A DNA stretch of 64,000 nucleotides from Amphiscolops sp. MND2022 (Eukaryota). Of this stretch, positions 51,018-62,347 are shown piece after piece. Location: assembly GCA_964187785.1 (NCBI GenBank), contig OZ076409.1, positions 4,652,001 through 4,716,000 of the forward strand, given 5' to 3'. Numbering within the stretch: position 1 is the first letter of the stretch; every line of letters begins with the position of its first letter. The notes under the pieces were generated by a model. That model was not told the origin of the DNA. It ran no database searches and worked only from the letters and a program-made list of their open reading frames with translations. Made by a program: the position numbers and the translations under genes.

Positions 51018-51551
51018 AACAAGCCAGGAACGGCCCAAGTAGGCGCCATATCTAAGGCTCAAAAAGACTCGAAAACGAAAACCATTTTTTCTACAACTGG
51101 AGACAACAAAAGTTCTCAAAAAACTAAAAATTGAGAAAAAAATTTCCGAATTGTTTTCGAAATTTTTTTGAAGTTTCCGGGAAGTTGCATAGTGCCGAAA
51201 AATGTAAAAGGGGGGACGCTTTGGGATTTTTTGAACATCCATTCTGTTATCAATATCAAAAATTGATGGGAGGAACAATAAAAAAACTTTTCGGAAAAAA
51301 ATCAGTGTCACAGTGCCAAAAAAAGGAGGAAAGTCTCATAGTGTCAAAAAAAAGTGGACCCTTCTGCTTTGGAATGGCTTTTATCTCATGTTAGAGGCTT
51401 TGGATGCGTTGAAAATGAAGTACGAAGTACATATGGTAAAAGTTGGTAAATGTGCATTAATGCACAAAAAGTGGACGTTTCGCGTTGAACTGACGAAAAA
51501 AAACTAGCCACTGTAAGAGTCGGGATGTTCTTCGAAAACGCCGACTAAAAA
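51018..51551 (-). mobile_element. HINE family A copy
   Basis: AACAAGCCAGGAACGGCCCAAGTAGGCGCC ... CGCCGACTAAAAA. Confidence 0.75.
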
Positions 51552-52352
51552 TTGGTGTTACAAAAGTGGCAGGGTACAATACGCAACAGAAATGGTGACC
51601 CTCTATTCTCGAGAAATGACTAGATGAATTCATGAGAACCAAAGTTCAGAACCACTGGCAGACTAAGCAAAGTTTTCCTGAAAAAATTCGCAGTGCTAGC
51701 AAACGGTCAAAAATTAGAACGTGAAGTTCGTTCCACTTTAAAGCTTAGACTCTGTTATAAGATTTCCAAAAAGTTTCTTGAGAAAACTTCGAAGAAAAAA
51801 ATCCAAATTCGCCGTGTTCATAGCAAGATTTAGTAATCTTTTCATCAGTAAAGGCGTTATTTCTGGAAATAAAAAACGGAAAGTAGTTCAACAATGTTGA
51901 AAATGTTGAAAATTATGAAAATTCTAGCGCCTTAAAGTACCCTTCGAGCGTGAATTGTTTTTCCCCCATTGAAATTTTTAGGAACCTAAGAGAAAAATTC
52001 TTTGTGAAATGGAAATTTCCTCAAAAGTGTTCAACAGTGCCCAAAAACCCAAACGAAGACCCTATGTTTTGTCAGAGTTTTCTCTTGACTCACACTGCCA
52101 GCAAACCAAAAGTAGACCCTTTGGTTGGGTAAAAAAAATCACAAAACAATTTCGGTGGAGACCCATTGACGCTAATTTGTACATTTGAAACTAGTTCGAG
52201 TTTAATTCCAATAACACGATCAATAAGGTAAGGTCACGACTGCAAACAATTGATCGTTTATGGCATTGTAACACACACTGATGCAAATTGTACCAAATAT
52301 ATCTCTTAAGAACCGTACAAAAAAAAATGATACAGTAGATGTAATTTGATCT

Positions 52353-52762
52353 TAGGGCTCTTTTCTGTTCCCCACCATCAAAATTTTTTGAGGGAGAATT
52401 AGAAAAAAATTCAAACTGGTTGAATTCGAAGTGAAGTTTTTTTTCATAACAGGAAGTTAACTTCTATCGGAATAGTTTTTCATTTGAACAAAACATTTTT
52501 CACACAATTTTACTGTAAATGTGTTAAAAATTACCTGTTTTAGTGACTCAAAACAGGAAGCAGTTGAGTTTTCAACAAGAAAGCGTGACTTCAGAAGGGA
52601 AAATGCGTGAACAAAGTTTGTATCTGAATTCTAAACTGTCACCCTAAAAATAAATATAAAAGAAATGTTTCTAATTTAGTTCTAATTCGTTTTATTTTAA
52701 TATTTTCACGAACATTTTTTCAAAAAAAAACAGCTGGTGGGGGGGACAGAAAAGAACCGAAC
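52353..52762. mobile_element. MITE with ~23-bp TIRs; a related inverted copy interrupts the lectin gene at ~44400-44760
   Basis: GGCTCTTTTCTGTTCCCCCACC / GGTGGGGGGGACAGAAAAGAACC. Internal 52440-52642 is a diverged reverse complement of 44460-44660. Confidence 0.65.
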
Positions 52763-53236
52763 TTAGAAGTATCTGACAAAGTCTTCAAAAACATGATAAT
52801 TGTGACGATGGGGAAGCTTCAAAAAGGTAGAAAAATTCGATCAAAACCATTACAAAATGCAGTCCAAAAACTTTTTTTGACCACTGCGTATGTATTTGGA
52901 GCGGAATTTCAAATTCGTTACAAAAACTTTCAAACTCATGTCCATAGCTTGCGTCTTGTCGCATTGAGTCTGGCTCCAGTTTCGTCTTGTGAACAGGATT
53001 GAGCTCGCGTTTTTGGTTGTTTTGAAATTGTTGCAGGCGTAAACATCAATTTTATCTCAATTTCAGTAAAATTGAAAAACTATGTTCGTGTTTTCTCTAC
53101 CGGTTGAACAAAAGTTCATCCGAGAAATATAAGATATGATTGTTTGGACCTATTTGCACCAATTGTTGTAAGCAACTTCTATACGGTTGCAAATATCGAA
53201 TATATTTGCTTCAATAAGGCTATCAAAGTTTCGTTC

Positions 53237-53911
53237 GGCGACAACTCATATCAAGCGACAACTCATATCAGGCGATATTTCACATCAATCAAAACTCATA
53301 TCAGAAAATTATAATCTAAATGTAGCACACTCATAGTTTATCAATTTTTATGAAAAAAAATTTTTGTTCAATTCCTTCCAGATTTTTTTTCTTGCTAAAT
53401 AGGATTTTACAATAAAATTTTTCTTGGGAACATGGCTTTCTTGATAAGATCTTACCATGGCAAAATGAATACCATCGCAAGATCTTGACAAGATCTTACT
53501 AAGATATCCACGGAGGGTCAACCCGGGCACACTAAATTTCATTCCAAACAATTCATTAAATCATCATGTGAAATTAGCTCATTGATAACTAATTAATACA
53601 ATTATAAAACAGAAACAAGATCCCACAGTAAATATCAGTGTAAAGGATAATCACTTCCTTATCACACCTTTGAGCAGATTGCATAAAATGCAAAAAATGA
53701 TACCAAATAGACTTTGGAATTTTTAATTGCAGCAAATTATAAATTGCACTTGAGGTTGAATTCAAGTATTTCTAACATATTGGCAAACCTGATATGGGAT
53801 GTCGCTTTTTCTCAATTGACATCAGTTATCGCTTGATATGAGTGGTCGCTTTTTTCAATTGATATGAGTTGTCTCGCCTGATATAAGTTGTTGCCAGATA
53901 TGAGTTGCCGC
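53237..53911. mobile_element. Foldback-like element with inverted subterminal repeats
   Basis: GCGACAACTCATATC repeats on the left and GATATGAGTTG repeats on the right. Confidence 0.6.
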
Positions 53912-53983
53912 TATGACAAAGTTCAAGTCTATAAGGGTCTTAACATATGCACACGTAATTCTTGCAAATGGAAACCCTCAATA

Positions 53984-54453
53984 TTTTTGTCGGCGCTTCA
54001 TGAAGTGAAACGGGACTATTTTAGTGACTCTTTTTAAACTTTTTTCCAAACCACTTGAACAGACCAAAATAGTTCTTAAAATTTCTACGAAATTTTATGA
54101 TCCCAAATTGAATCATTTGGCATAGCGAACTGAACCAAAAACGTTTTTCCTCTTTTCCCGCGTAACATACAATACCGAGAGAGACTAAAGGGTCCCCCCT
54201 TTCAATTTTTTTTCGGCATTGTTAGACTTTTTTGCAAAGAAAATTTCAACAAAGGGTCTCCTCTTCAATTTTTTGATGTTTTGCAACAATTGATGTTAAA
54301 AAATGCGAAAGGATCCCCCGTTTAAGCGCGCCAATTCAGTTCAACTTTTTGGGTATTTCAGGTACTGTAGAAGAGAATACTTTGACACTTTGAAGTCCTC
54401 TTACTATTTTTGAGCCTTAGATATGGCGCGAACTTGGTTGTTCCCTGCTTGTT
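53984..54453 (+). mobile_element. HINE family A copy
   Basis: Homologous to 42244-42776 along its length. Confidence 0.75.
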
Positions 54454-54639
54454 TCAAACAGTGTGTGCTAAAAAAAAGTTTTGGCGGATACTGAAGCATA
54501 GCAGAAAACTTGCAAACATATTTGACCAAAATATTGGCAGACGGACAAAGTTATAGGGCAAATTTAAGCGTTTTTAGGATTCGGAAAAAATATCGACTAC
54601 TTATGCAATCGTGCTGTTTTTTTTCTCCCGTTTTTTTTT

Positions 54640-55100
54640 CTCATGAAAATTTCAAATTTCTCAAAAACTGTCCGTACGATTTTCACGAAATTTTGCACAG
54701 TCATTCTACACACGAAGCGGCCCCTGCGTGAGCAAAAACATCAAAATCGTATGGATTGGATGTGAAAAACATAGCCAAAATTAGCCCAAAAATGGCCAAA
54801 AAACAGCCATTTTTTGACTTTTTTCGATTTTCTCAAAAACTATCCATACGATCCGAACGAAAGTTTCTACAGTCATTCTACACCATACTAGAGTCCTATA
54901 TGTGCAATGGAATCAAAATCGTATGGCTGGGATGTGTGAAACATAGCCAAAATTAGCCCAAAAATGGCCAAAAAACAGTCATTTTTCGATTTTTTTTTCG
55001 ATTTTTTCAAAAACTGTTGATACGATTCGAACAAAAATTTCTACAGTCGTTTTCTACACCATATTATGGTCCTATGTGTGCAATTTCAATAAATTCGTAT
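54640..55100. repeat. ~175-bp tandem repeat (~2.5 units)
   Basis: CATAGCCAAAATTAGCCCAAAAATGGCCAAAAAACAG at ~54770 and ~54942; CAGTCATTCTACAC repeated. Confidence 0.75.
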
Positions 55101-55778
55101 GATTCTGGGATTGGAGCGAGTCAGAAGGAAAAAGACCTAAGCCGACTCCTTTACCGCATATGCGGCTCTGGTTGATCAACTACTTACGTCAAACTCAAAA
55201 TATCGGCTTGATATATCGTTGACGTTTAAAATACATACATATATGGAAAGATTGAACAGGGACACTGAAAGCTGACTTCTTTCGCACGTGATCAATTAGA
55301 GTTTTTTCAAGTAAATTTTCATTAATATTTCAACGCTGTCTTTTAGTGCCCCCTCTGTTTTTCTACACCAAATAAGGCGGCGTTTTTCCATTAATGGTTG
55401 ATACACATGCATTTGGAGTAATCTATTACGTAAATCGAATAATTAGGGTAAAGGTTAGAGTCGAAGTAAAGTAACCAAGGTAATTAGGTGAAACGTTTGT
55501 GCCCTTGATTAATATTTAGTTCTAAAGAATGCTAAAAGATGCTAAAAGAAAGCTAAAAGATGGTAAAATGATGCTAAAAGAATAATTTTGAAATCTCCAT
55601 GACGCACTATTACTGACTCAAAATATGATGAACTCAAAACCTTGCGTATTTTCCATGTTTCAGTCTACTTTTTCAAAAACCGACCGAAAAATATGAGGGA
55701 GCAGGAATTTCTGAAAAACAATTTCAATGCATGAAGTTATTCCAATCATGCGTTTTGCTCGTGTTCCGTCGATGTTTT

Positions 55779-56180
55779 GTTATTTTCCGCCCACATATAA
55801 TGGGGGAGGACAATCATGATTTGTGTTGCGTTTTTTTCCAAATTCTGCCAAATCGTCTCCGAGGTCCTCATTCGACTTAACTTCTTGACTATTTTATATA
55901 GCTACTTGACTATTATAGTTACTAATAACTAAAATCGTCAAGTAACGAAAACAACTTAGAGGGAGGGAATAATATCTAAAATAAAAATGGGAATAAGATC
56001 TGAAGGGAATAAGGTCTAAAATTTCAGGACGGGAATAATATATAATGGGAAAAAGATCTAAAATCACCAAATGTTAAATCTTATACTTTAAATCATATTC
56101 CCCCTTCCAAAATAGCCATGGCTCAGTTGGCGAAAGCGAAGAAGGCGGAAAATATCCCGGTGCTTAGCGGGCGTCTTTTT
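55779..56180 (+). mobile_element. HINE-like family B copy
   Basis: 5' TATTTTCCGC and 3' GCGGAAAATA inverted pair, then hairpin CCCG-GTGCTTAG-CGGG and a T-run. Confidence 0.65.
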
Positions 56181-56775
56181 CGAAAATTGAACAATATAAA
56201 AAATCGAAATCATTTCGAATTCCATTACATTCCAATACAAAACATCAAACAGAGAACGACAAAAGACACAAACTGGTTTCGGCACAGTTGTGAAGGGAAA
56301 ACATCATAACACTCGAAACATCAGAGCGTCGTTTTCCAAATATTTGTTCTGAGATGAATTTTTTTCGATCTTTACGTTTTTATCAGAGTTAGGTTACAAA
56401 ATTTTTACCTTGTTTGCGAAATTCCCCGCGCTTGATTGATGCGTATTTGACGTGAAATGATTCTAAACAAAGTTGTACAAAGTACCCAGAGATACCTTTT
56501 ACGCTGAAAAATTTTTCGAACTGAACACAACAAGAGAATTCAAGTTCTTGAACCTTTTTGGAAAAAATGTTACAAAATAAATGTGTATATGAAATGGACA
56601 ATTTATTCTAGTGTAATATATATAAATCAATATATGAAACGATATATCTGAAAAATGTTCATATGAAATCTTTAAAAAACCGAATTTGGGAAATTTAGAC
56701 TGAACGAAAAGTTGTTATAGAACAAAATCGGTCAATTGACAGAAATTGTGGGTTCATGTCTTGCAATAAACCAAG

Positions 56776-57135
56776 TTTTTAGTCGGCGCTTTTTCGTAGA
56801 AAAACGCAGACTATAGTAGTGACTTTTCTACTTTTTTTAAGACCAACGAAGTGACAGATTTTATAAGCTTTATAAGCTGACTTGAACTAACACTAACTGC
56901 CACACTACTTCTACTGGCACTTGAGATAGAGGTTAATTAGGCATTTTTGAAGTCCTCTTTTACATTTTTTCGGCACTATGCGACTTATCGGAGACCAAAA
57001 AAATTTTGGAAAAAACTTCGAAAAAAATGGGGTCCTCATGCGGGTACTGTAGAAGAGAATACTTGATACTTTGAAGTCCTTTTGCTATTTTTGAGCCTTA
57101 GATATGGCGCCGACTTGGGTGGTTCCCGGCTTCTT
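56776..57135 (+). mobile_element. HINE family A copy
   Basis: TTTTTAGTCGGCGC ... GGCGCCGACTTGGGTGGTTCCCGGCTT. Confidence 0.75.
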
Positions 57136-58404
57136 ATGCTGTGCAAAGATAAAGGAAAGACCAATGAGTCTGTCATTTGCAATGTTTCGGTACTATGCGA
57201 TTTCTTTCATCGAAACCCCCTGCAATTTTTAGCAAAATAAAAAGAGTATAGAGGGCCCAGTTAGAAATTTTTGTCACTATGTGACTTTTTTCTTACATAA
57301 TGTTTGTCTTCTAATGATTTTCTGTCCAGAGACCTAATGGCGACATCTTTAGTTATTTTTAGGTGATGTCGGGCTGATGAGAGTTTTCTCAATACCTGTC
57401 GAAAAAAGTCAACGAGTTTTTGGCACTGTGCGATTATTATTATTCCGGAAAAAAATTTCTTATGGTCAAAGGGTACTCTCTCAAAAATTGAATTTCTTGA
57501 CTGGAGTCGTATATATGTCCCTTCGGGAATTTTTTGGTAAATTTTTCTCAATTGTGTGTTTTTGCATATTCGCAAATTTTTTTCCGCCACTTAAGGCAAT
57601 TTAGATCTTAGGCTCTGTTAGTAAAACAAGACAAAACGTTTCTCAAACTTCGAAACTTCAACAAAAGTTCAAAAACTGTTAAAATCAATTCTGTACTGTT
57701 CATAGCACGATTTAGTGAAACTTTCAACGTTAAATACGTTATTTCCCGCGATGAAAAAGAAAAAGTGGTTCAAAATGTTAGAAAGCTGTTTTAGAAACAC
57801 TTCGGAAAAATCAAATACCTAAAAAGATTTTTTGGTCTGAATCGTTTTTTTTCCACGCAAATATCATTTTAACCAAAAGTAAAACTCCTCAGTGAAAAAT
57901 AAAAGTTATCCAATTATTTTTGAACTGCCAAAAAACCCAACATGAGACCCTCTGGCCTAATAGGGCTTTTTCTTGACTCAAACTGCTTTTGTTGATTCAA
58001 AAGTGGTACCCTTTGTTTAAACTAAAAAAATGAAAACCAAATTCGGTCGGAACTTATTGACTCATAATTTTAGAATACAAAGTGATTCAGATTTCATTGC
58101 ATTAGTCGAATTGAAACCGCCTTTTCTTTGGCCACTTTGAAAAAGTAGTTGGAGTCGCATCAAGGTTATCGCCAATTCTAGAAAAAAAACGAAAAAGAAA
58201 AAGTTGCGCTTTCTCTGCCAACTGAACAGCTATTGATACAAGATTTCTTCGATCACATTGTTTGAGCTGCAAAAATGATTCGAAAATGATTTTGACAGGT
58301 TCTCGAAACTTCATCCAACAATATGTGCAAAACCAAATTTTGCGGGTTCCTAAGCCAAGCAGAAATTGTGAAAACATATTTGACCGAAATTTCACCCACA
58401 TTGT

Positions 58405-60167
58405 TGTTAGTCAGCGCTCATCAACGAAAAAAAACTGACTTCAGTTGTGGTTTTTCAGACATGAGATCTGAAAGATTTCAATAGGCTTTCTATGCTTATA
58501 GTTACTTAGTTAGTTACATCAGTAACTTCTAACTGTCACTTGGCCTATTGGCCTAGACGTTAAATCGAATTTCTGAGCAGTTCTGAGACGAGGTTTGAAA
58601 AGCAGAATGTCGAGACACGCACAATAACGAAACTTTTCAATGCTTGCAAAAGTAGAGGGGAGACCAAAGCGTCCCCCGTACGAGGTTTTTCGGACTTATG
58701 CAACTCTTTTCTTCGTTTTTAAATAGAAACGCTCTTCCTCGATTTCGGCGAAACCAAACCTTTTGCTAGCATAGTAGGCCACTTTGCGTTTTTTTTCCGT
58801 ACCGCGCGACTCGCCGGTAACTTTCAAAAAAAGTTGAAAAAAGTTTTCGAAGGAGTTCCCGCAGTTTTGGTTGTTTCAGGTGTTCTTTAAAGGAAAACGT
58901 CTTTGACAGGATCGAGGGTAACCTCTCTCATTATGTTCTGATCTTGTGGAACTGATAAGTTTTCTCGATGACTGTGGAACAGACCTACTGATACTTTTCG
59001 GCACTATGCAACTTACTTTTTTTGATGAAATTTTCATTTGATCAAAGTGTGCACTCCATTTAAAAACTAGGTTCGGCCTGAAAAAAGCGTTTGGCGAGCT
59101 TGAAGTTTTTTTCAGCACTTCCAGACATTTCCTATTATAAAATTTCGAACGAAATCTATACTTTTTAAAGATTCAGTTTTTTGATGTTTCTAGTTCGGGA
59201 AAAGGTTGTTTTCGAGTCTGATGTGTACCTCTTTTGGTATTTTTTTGCAGTGTAAATTTAGGAATGTTTTCACAATGTGTCCCTGTGCATTTTCAAAAAA
59301 CTATTTTAAAATCTTGAGCGAGGTACCTTTTGCCGTTCCTGGTTTGTATTTTTAAGATCGGTGGACTGACAGATTTCTATAAGCAAACTTGCATAGGCTG
59401 TATCTTGGAAGGAGGGTTCGAGTCTCGCACTAAACCATAGTTTTCAATACTTGCAGAATTAGTGAGGAGAACAAGTGAGGGGTCTCCCTTTAGGTTTCTT
59501 CGACACTATGCGACTCTTTTCTGAATTTTTTTTAAAAATTGAATTGCCGTTATCTAATTTCAAGTAAGAACAGAGCGTTTTGCAAGCATTGAGATCCACT
59601 ATGCGAATCACCGAAAAGAAACATTGCAAAAACATTTATATAACTATTCCACAAAATAGAGGAAATCCGTGAAGACAACCCTTTCTGAACTTCCAAGGTG
59701 ACCTCTTCGATCACTTTTGGTCCTGTGCAATTGATGAAAGTTTTCTCAAAAATTCTGGAAGAGATATACAGTTTTTCTCGGCACTGTGCGACTTTTCTTC
59801 AAAAAACATTCCGTTTGGTCACGCGGTCCCCACTTCCATGAAAACTTTCGGCTTTGAAAATCGTTTTGCGAGTTTAACGCACCTTCTGCAGCACTATGAA
59901 TCTTTTTACCGTGGAACAAAAAATGATTGATTTTCCAAAAATTGGTCTTTGATGTTTCCAGTTGGGAAAAAAGTGTTTTTTTTTTTTTAAAAAAAGACAA
60001 AGATTCAGAAAAAGTCTCTGTTTTCGAGCCTCGATGGTACCATTTTGGGTTGTTTTAAGTTCAATTCTTGATAATATAAAAGTTTCACAATAGTTTTTCC
60101 TTGAATATTTCAAACTCTTTCTGAATCTTGAGAGCGAGGCGCCGACTTGGACCGTTCCCGGCTCGTT
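58405..60167 (+). mobile_element. Older, longer HINE family A-related copies in tandem
   Basis: Degenerate 5' TTAGTCAGCGC at ~58407; 3' ends at ~59346 and 60167 (GGCGCCGACTTGGACCGTTCCCGGCTCGTT). Confidence 0.55.
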
Positions 60168-60191
60168 GATTAACTTAAATTAAGTTGACCT

Positions 60192-61188
60192 TGTGACATA
60201 CGAAGGTCACAACCCAAAAAGAGCAACAGTGTTGTTGTCAAACAAACTCATAAACAACTGATTTAGCTACTGCTCTATTTATGTTTAGTAGATACGGTGT
60301 AAAAGATACATACTTGACCATTATACATTTGAGATAGATACAATACAGCTGAAGAGATACTACCGTACCTAACCTGTTTTAAAGCTTAGATTTAGCGATC
60401 TTAACATGGCGCAGTAAGCAAGATTCCCTTTTATTAAATTTGTCCACCTCTTTTACCCTTCCTTGAAGACTGGATCCGCAGGAAAGACCAACCGAGAAAT
60501 GAGAAGGGACAATTTACCTCCCCACAAAAGAATACCGGCAACATGACGGACTTAGACCTGAGCATCGTCTCAGATGACGAATTCAACTGCTACAACAACA
60601 GTGAAGGCAGACCAATAAGCGTGAATGTAGACGATGAACTACAAATTCACTCGAAAGAAACGAGACTATCACCGGAGACGGTATAAACCACGACCACATA
60701 AGAACTAAACCAACAACACCCGTAAGAAGGTCTAGAAGATTACCATTTGCAAAACAAACCGATAAACTAGGCGGTATCCCTTACCAAACCAATAATAACC
60801 GTAAAAGAAATAAATATAACCATAATTTGTTACAGGAAAAACGGACGACACCACCACAAAACAATGAAGAAGAAGAAAACCGTAACATACGGACAAAAGA
60901 AGAAGTCGACCGTATTATACGGGATCAACACTCCAAAACCCCCAAATCACAAACCCACATGAAGAGGGGGGAATGTGACATACGAAGGTCACAACCCAAA
61001 AAGAGCAACAGTGTTGTTGTCAAACAAACTCATAAACAACTGACTTAGCTACTGCTCTATTTATGTTTAGTAGATACGGTGTAAAAGATACATACTTGAC
61101 CATTATACATTTGAGATAGATACAATACAGCTGAAGAGATACTACCGTACCTAACCTGTTTTAAAGCTTAGATTTAGCGATCTTAACA
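60192..61188 (+). mobile_element. TRIM-like miniature LTR element (997 bp), young
   Basis: 215-bp LTRs at 60192-60406 and 60974-61188 differing at one base; TSD GACCT; PBS TGGCGCAGTAAGCAAGAT; PPT GAAGAGGGGGGAA; 567-bp interior with no enzyme domain. Confidence 0.95.
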
Positions 61189-61813
61189 GACCTAAAATCA
61201 AGTTAGGTCAAACAAAATTTATCATTAATGGCCTTGGCTTTATATGTCATTCATGCGTTAATTTCATTCATATATGGAAAGATTGAACCGGGACACTGAA
61301 AGTTGACTTAGTTCGCTCGTGATCAATTTGATTGTTTTTTTTTCAAGTGTTTTCGCATTAATTTTTCAAAGTTGTGTTTTTGTGCCTTCTCTGTTTTGCT
61401 ACAGCAATTAGGACGGCAGTTTTCGATTAATGATTTGATACGTATGAATTTCGAGTGATCTATTACGTAAATCAAATAATCAAGACAAAGGTTAGAGGCA
61501 AGGTAAAGTAAGTAACCAAGGTAATTGAGTAAGATGCTTTTAGTCGAACAATGACTAATTAAAAGCGTTGAGTTATCCAGAGCTTTCGATGGTTCAATCT
61601 AGTTTCTAAAAACCGACATAAAATTATACAAAACCTAAAATTTTTGAAGAATAATTTCAAAGCATGAGGTTATTCCAATCAGCGCGTTTTGACCGAGTGT
61701 TACTGTGCTTTTGTTGAAAGATGAAAACTTGATGAAATCAGTCCGAAATAAATAACATCAAATCATCAAACACAAAACGAGAGGAACCGATTTAAATTGG
61801 CTCTGCAGATTTT

Positions 61814-62035
61814 CCCGAAGCGCCAAAAACTCAAAACATCAAAGTGTAGTTGTTATAACAACTACGCTTTGATGTTTTGAGTTTTGTGGCGCTTCGGGCA
61901 AAACTACGTCTCTTTTTGAGAACATGGAGATTTCAAAAGAAATTGAAACATCTCGGAATTTAGTTATAACTAAATTCCGAGACCGAGATGTTTCAATTTT
62001 TTTAAAAAAATCTCCACGTTCTCAAAAAGAAACGT
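61814..62035. repeat. Two adjacent spacer-less palindromes
   Basis: 61814-61898 (axis 61855/61856) and 61906-62035 (axis 61966/61967), both centred on GTTATAAC. Confidence 0.9.
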
Positions 62036-62103
62036 TTCTGGCCGCGTTTTGACAATCTATCGCTTAAAACATCAGGAAGGAAATAAATTCCCTGGTGACC
62101 ATT

Positions 62104-62347
62104 TTGAAAATTTACAAAAAAAGAAAATGCTTGAACATATGACATTGAACTTGGAACTATCTTTCCATTTGAGTTGAGACTAATTGAAATGCGACATATG
62201 ACATTGAACTTGGAACTATCTTTCCATTTGAGTTGAGACTAATTGAAATGAGACTAATTGAAAATTTACAAAAAAAAGAAAATGCTTGAACATATGACAT
62301 TGAACTTGGAACTATCTTTCCATTTGAGTTGAGACTAATTGAAATGC
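62104..62347. repeat. Recent complex tandem duplication
   Basis: Three exact copies of ACATATGACATTGAACTTGGAACTATCTTTCCATTTGAGTTGAGACTAATTGAAATG; copies 1 and 3 share a longer 5' extension. Confidence 0.9.

Noticed and set aside
13528..60113. Many short K/F-rich ORFs containing KGGPF / GDPL / RYGADLGRSRL-like peptides (e.g. 13896-14303, 42280-42780, 46627-47043, 51009-51311)
   Set aside because: They are translations of the HINE repeat family in varying frames and strands, not genes.
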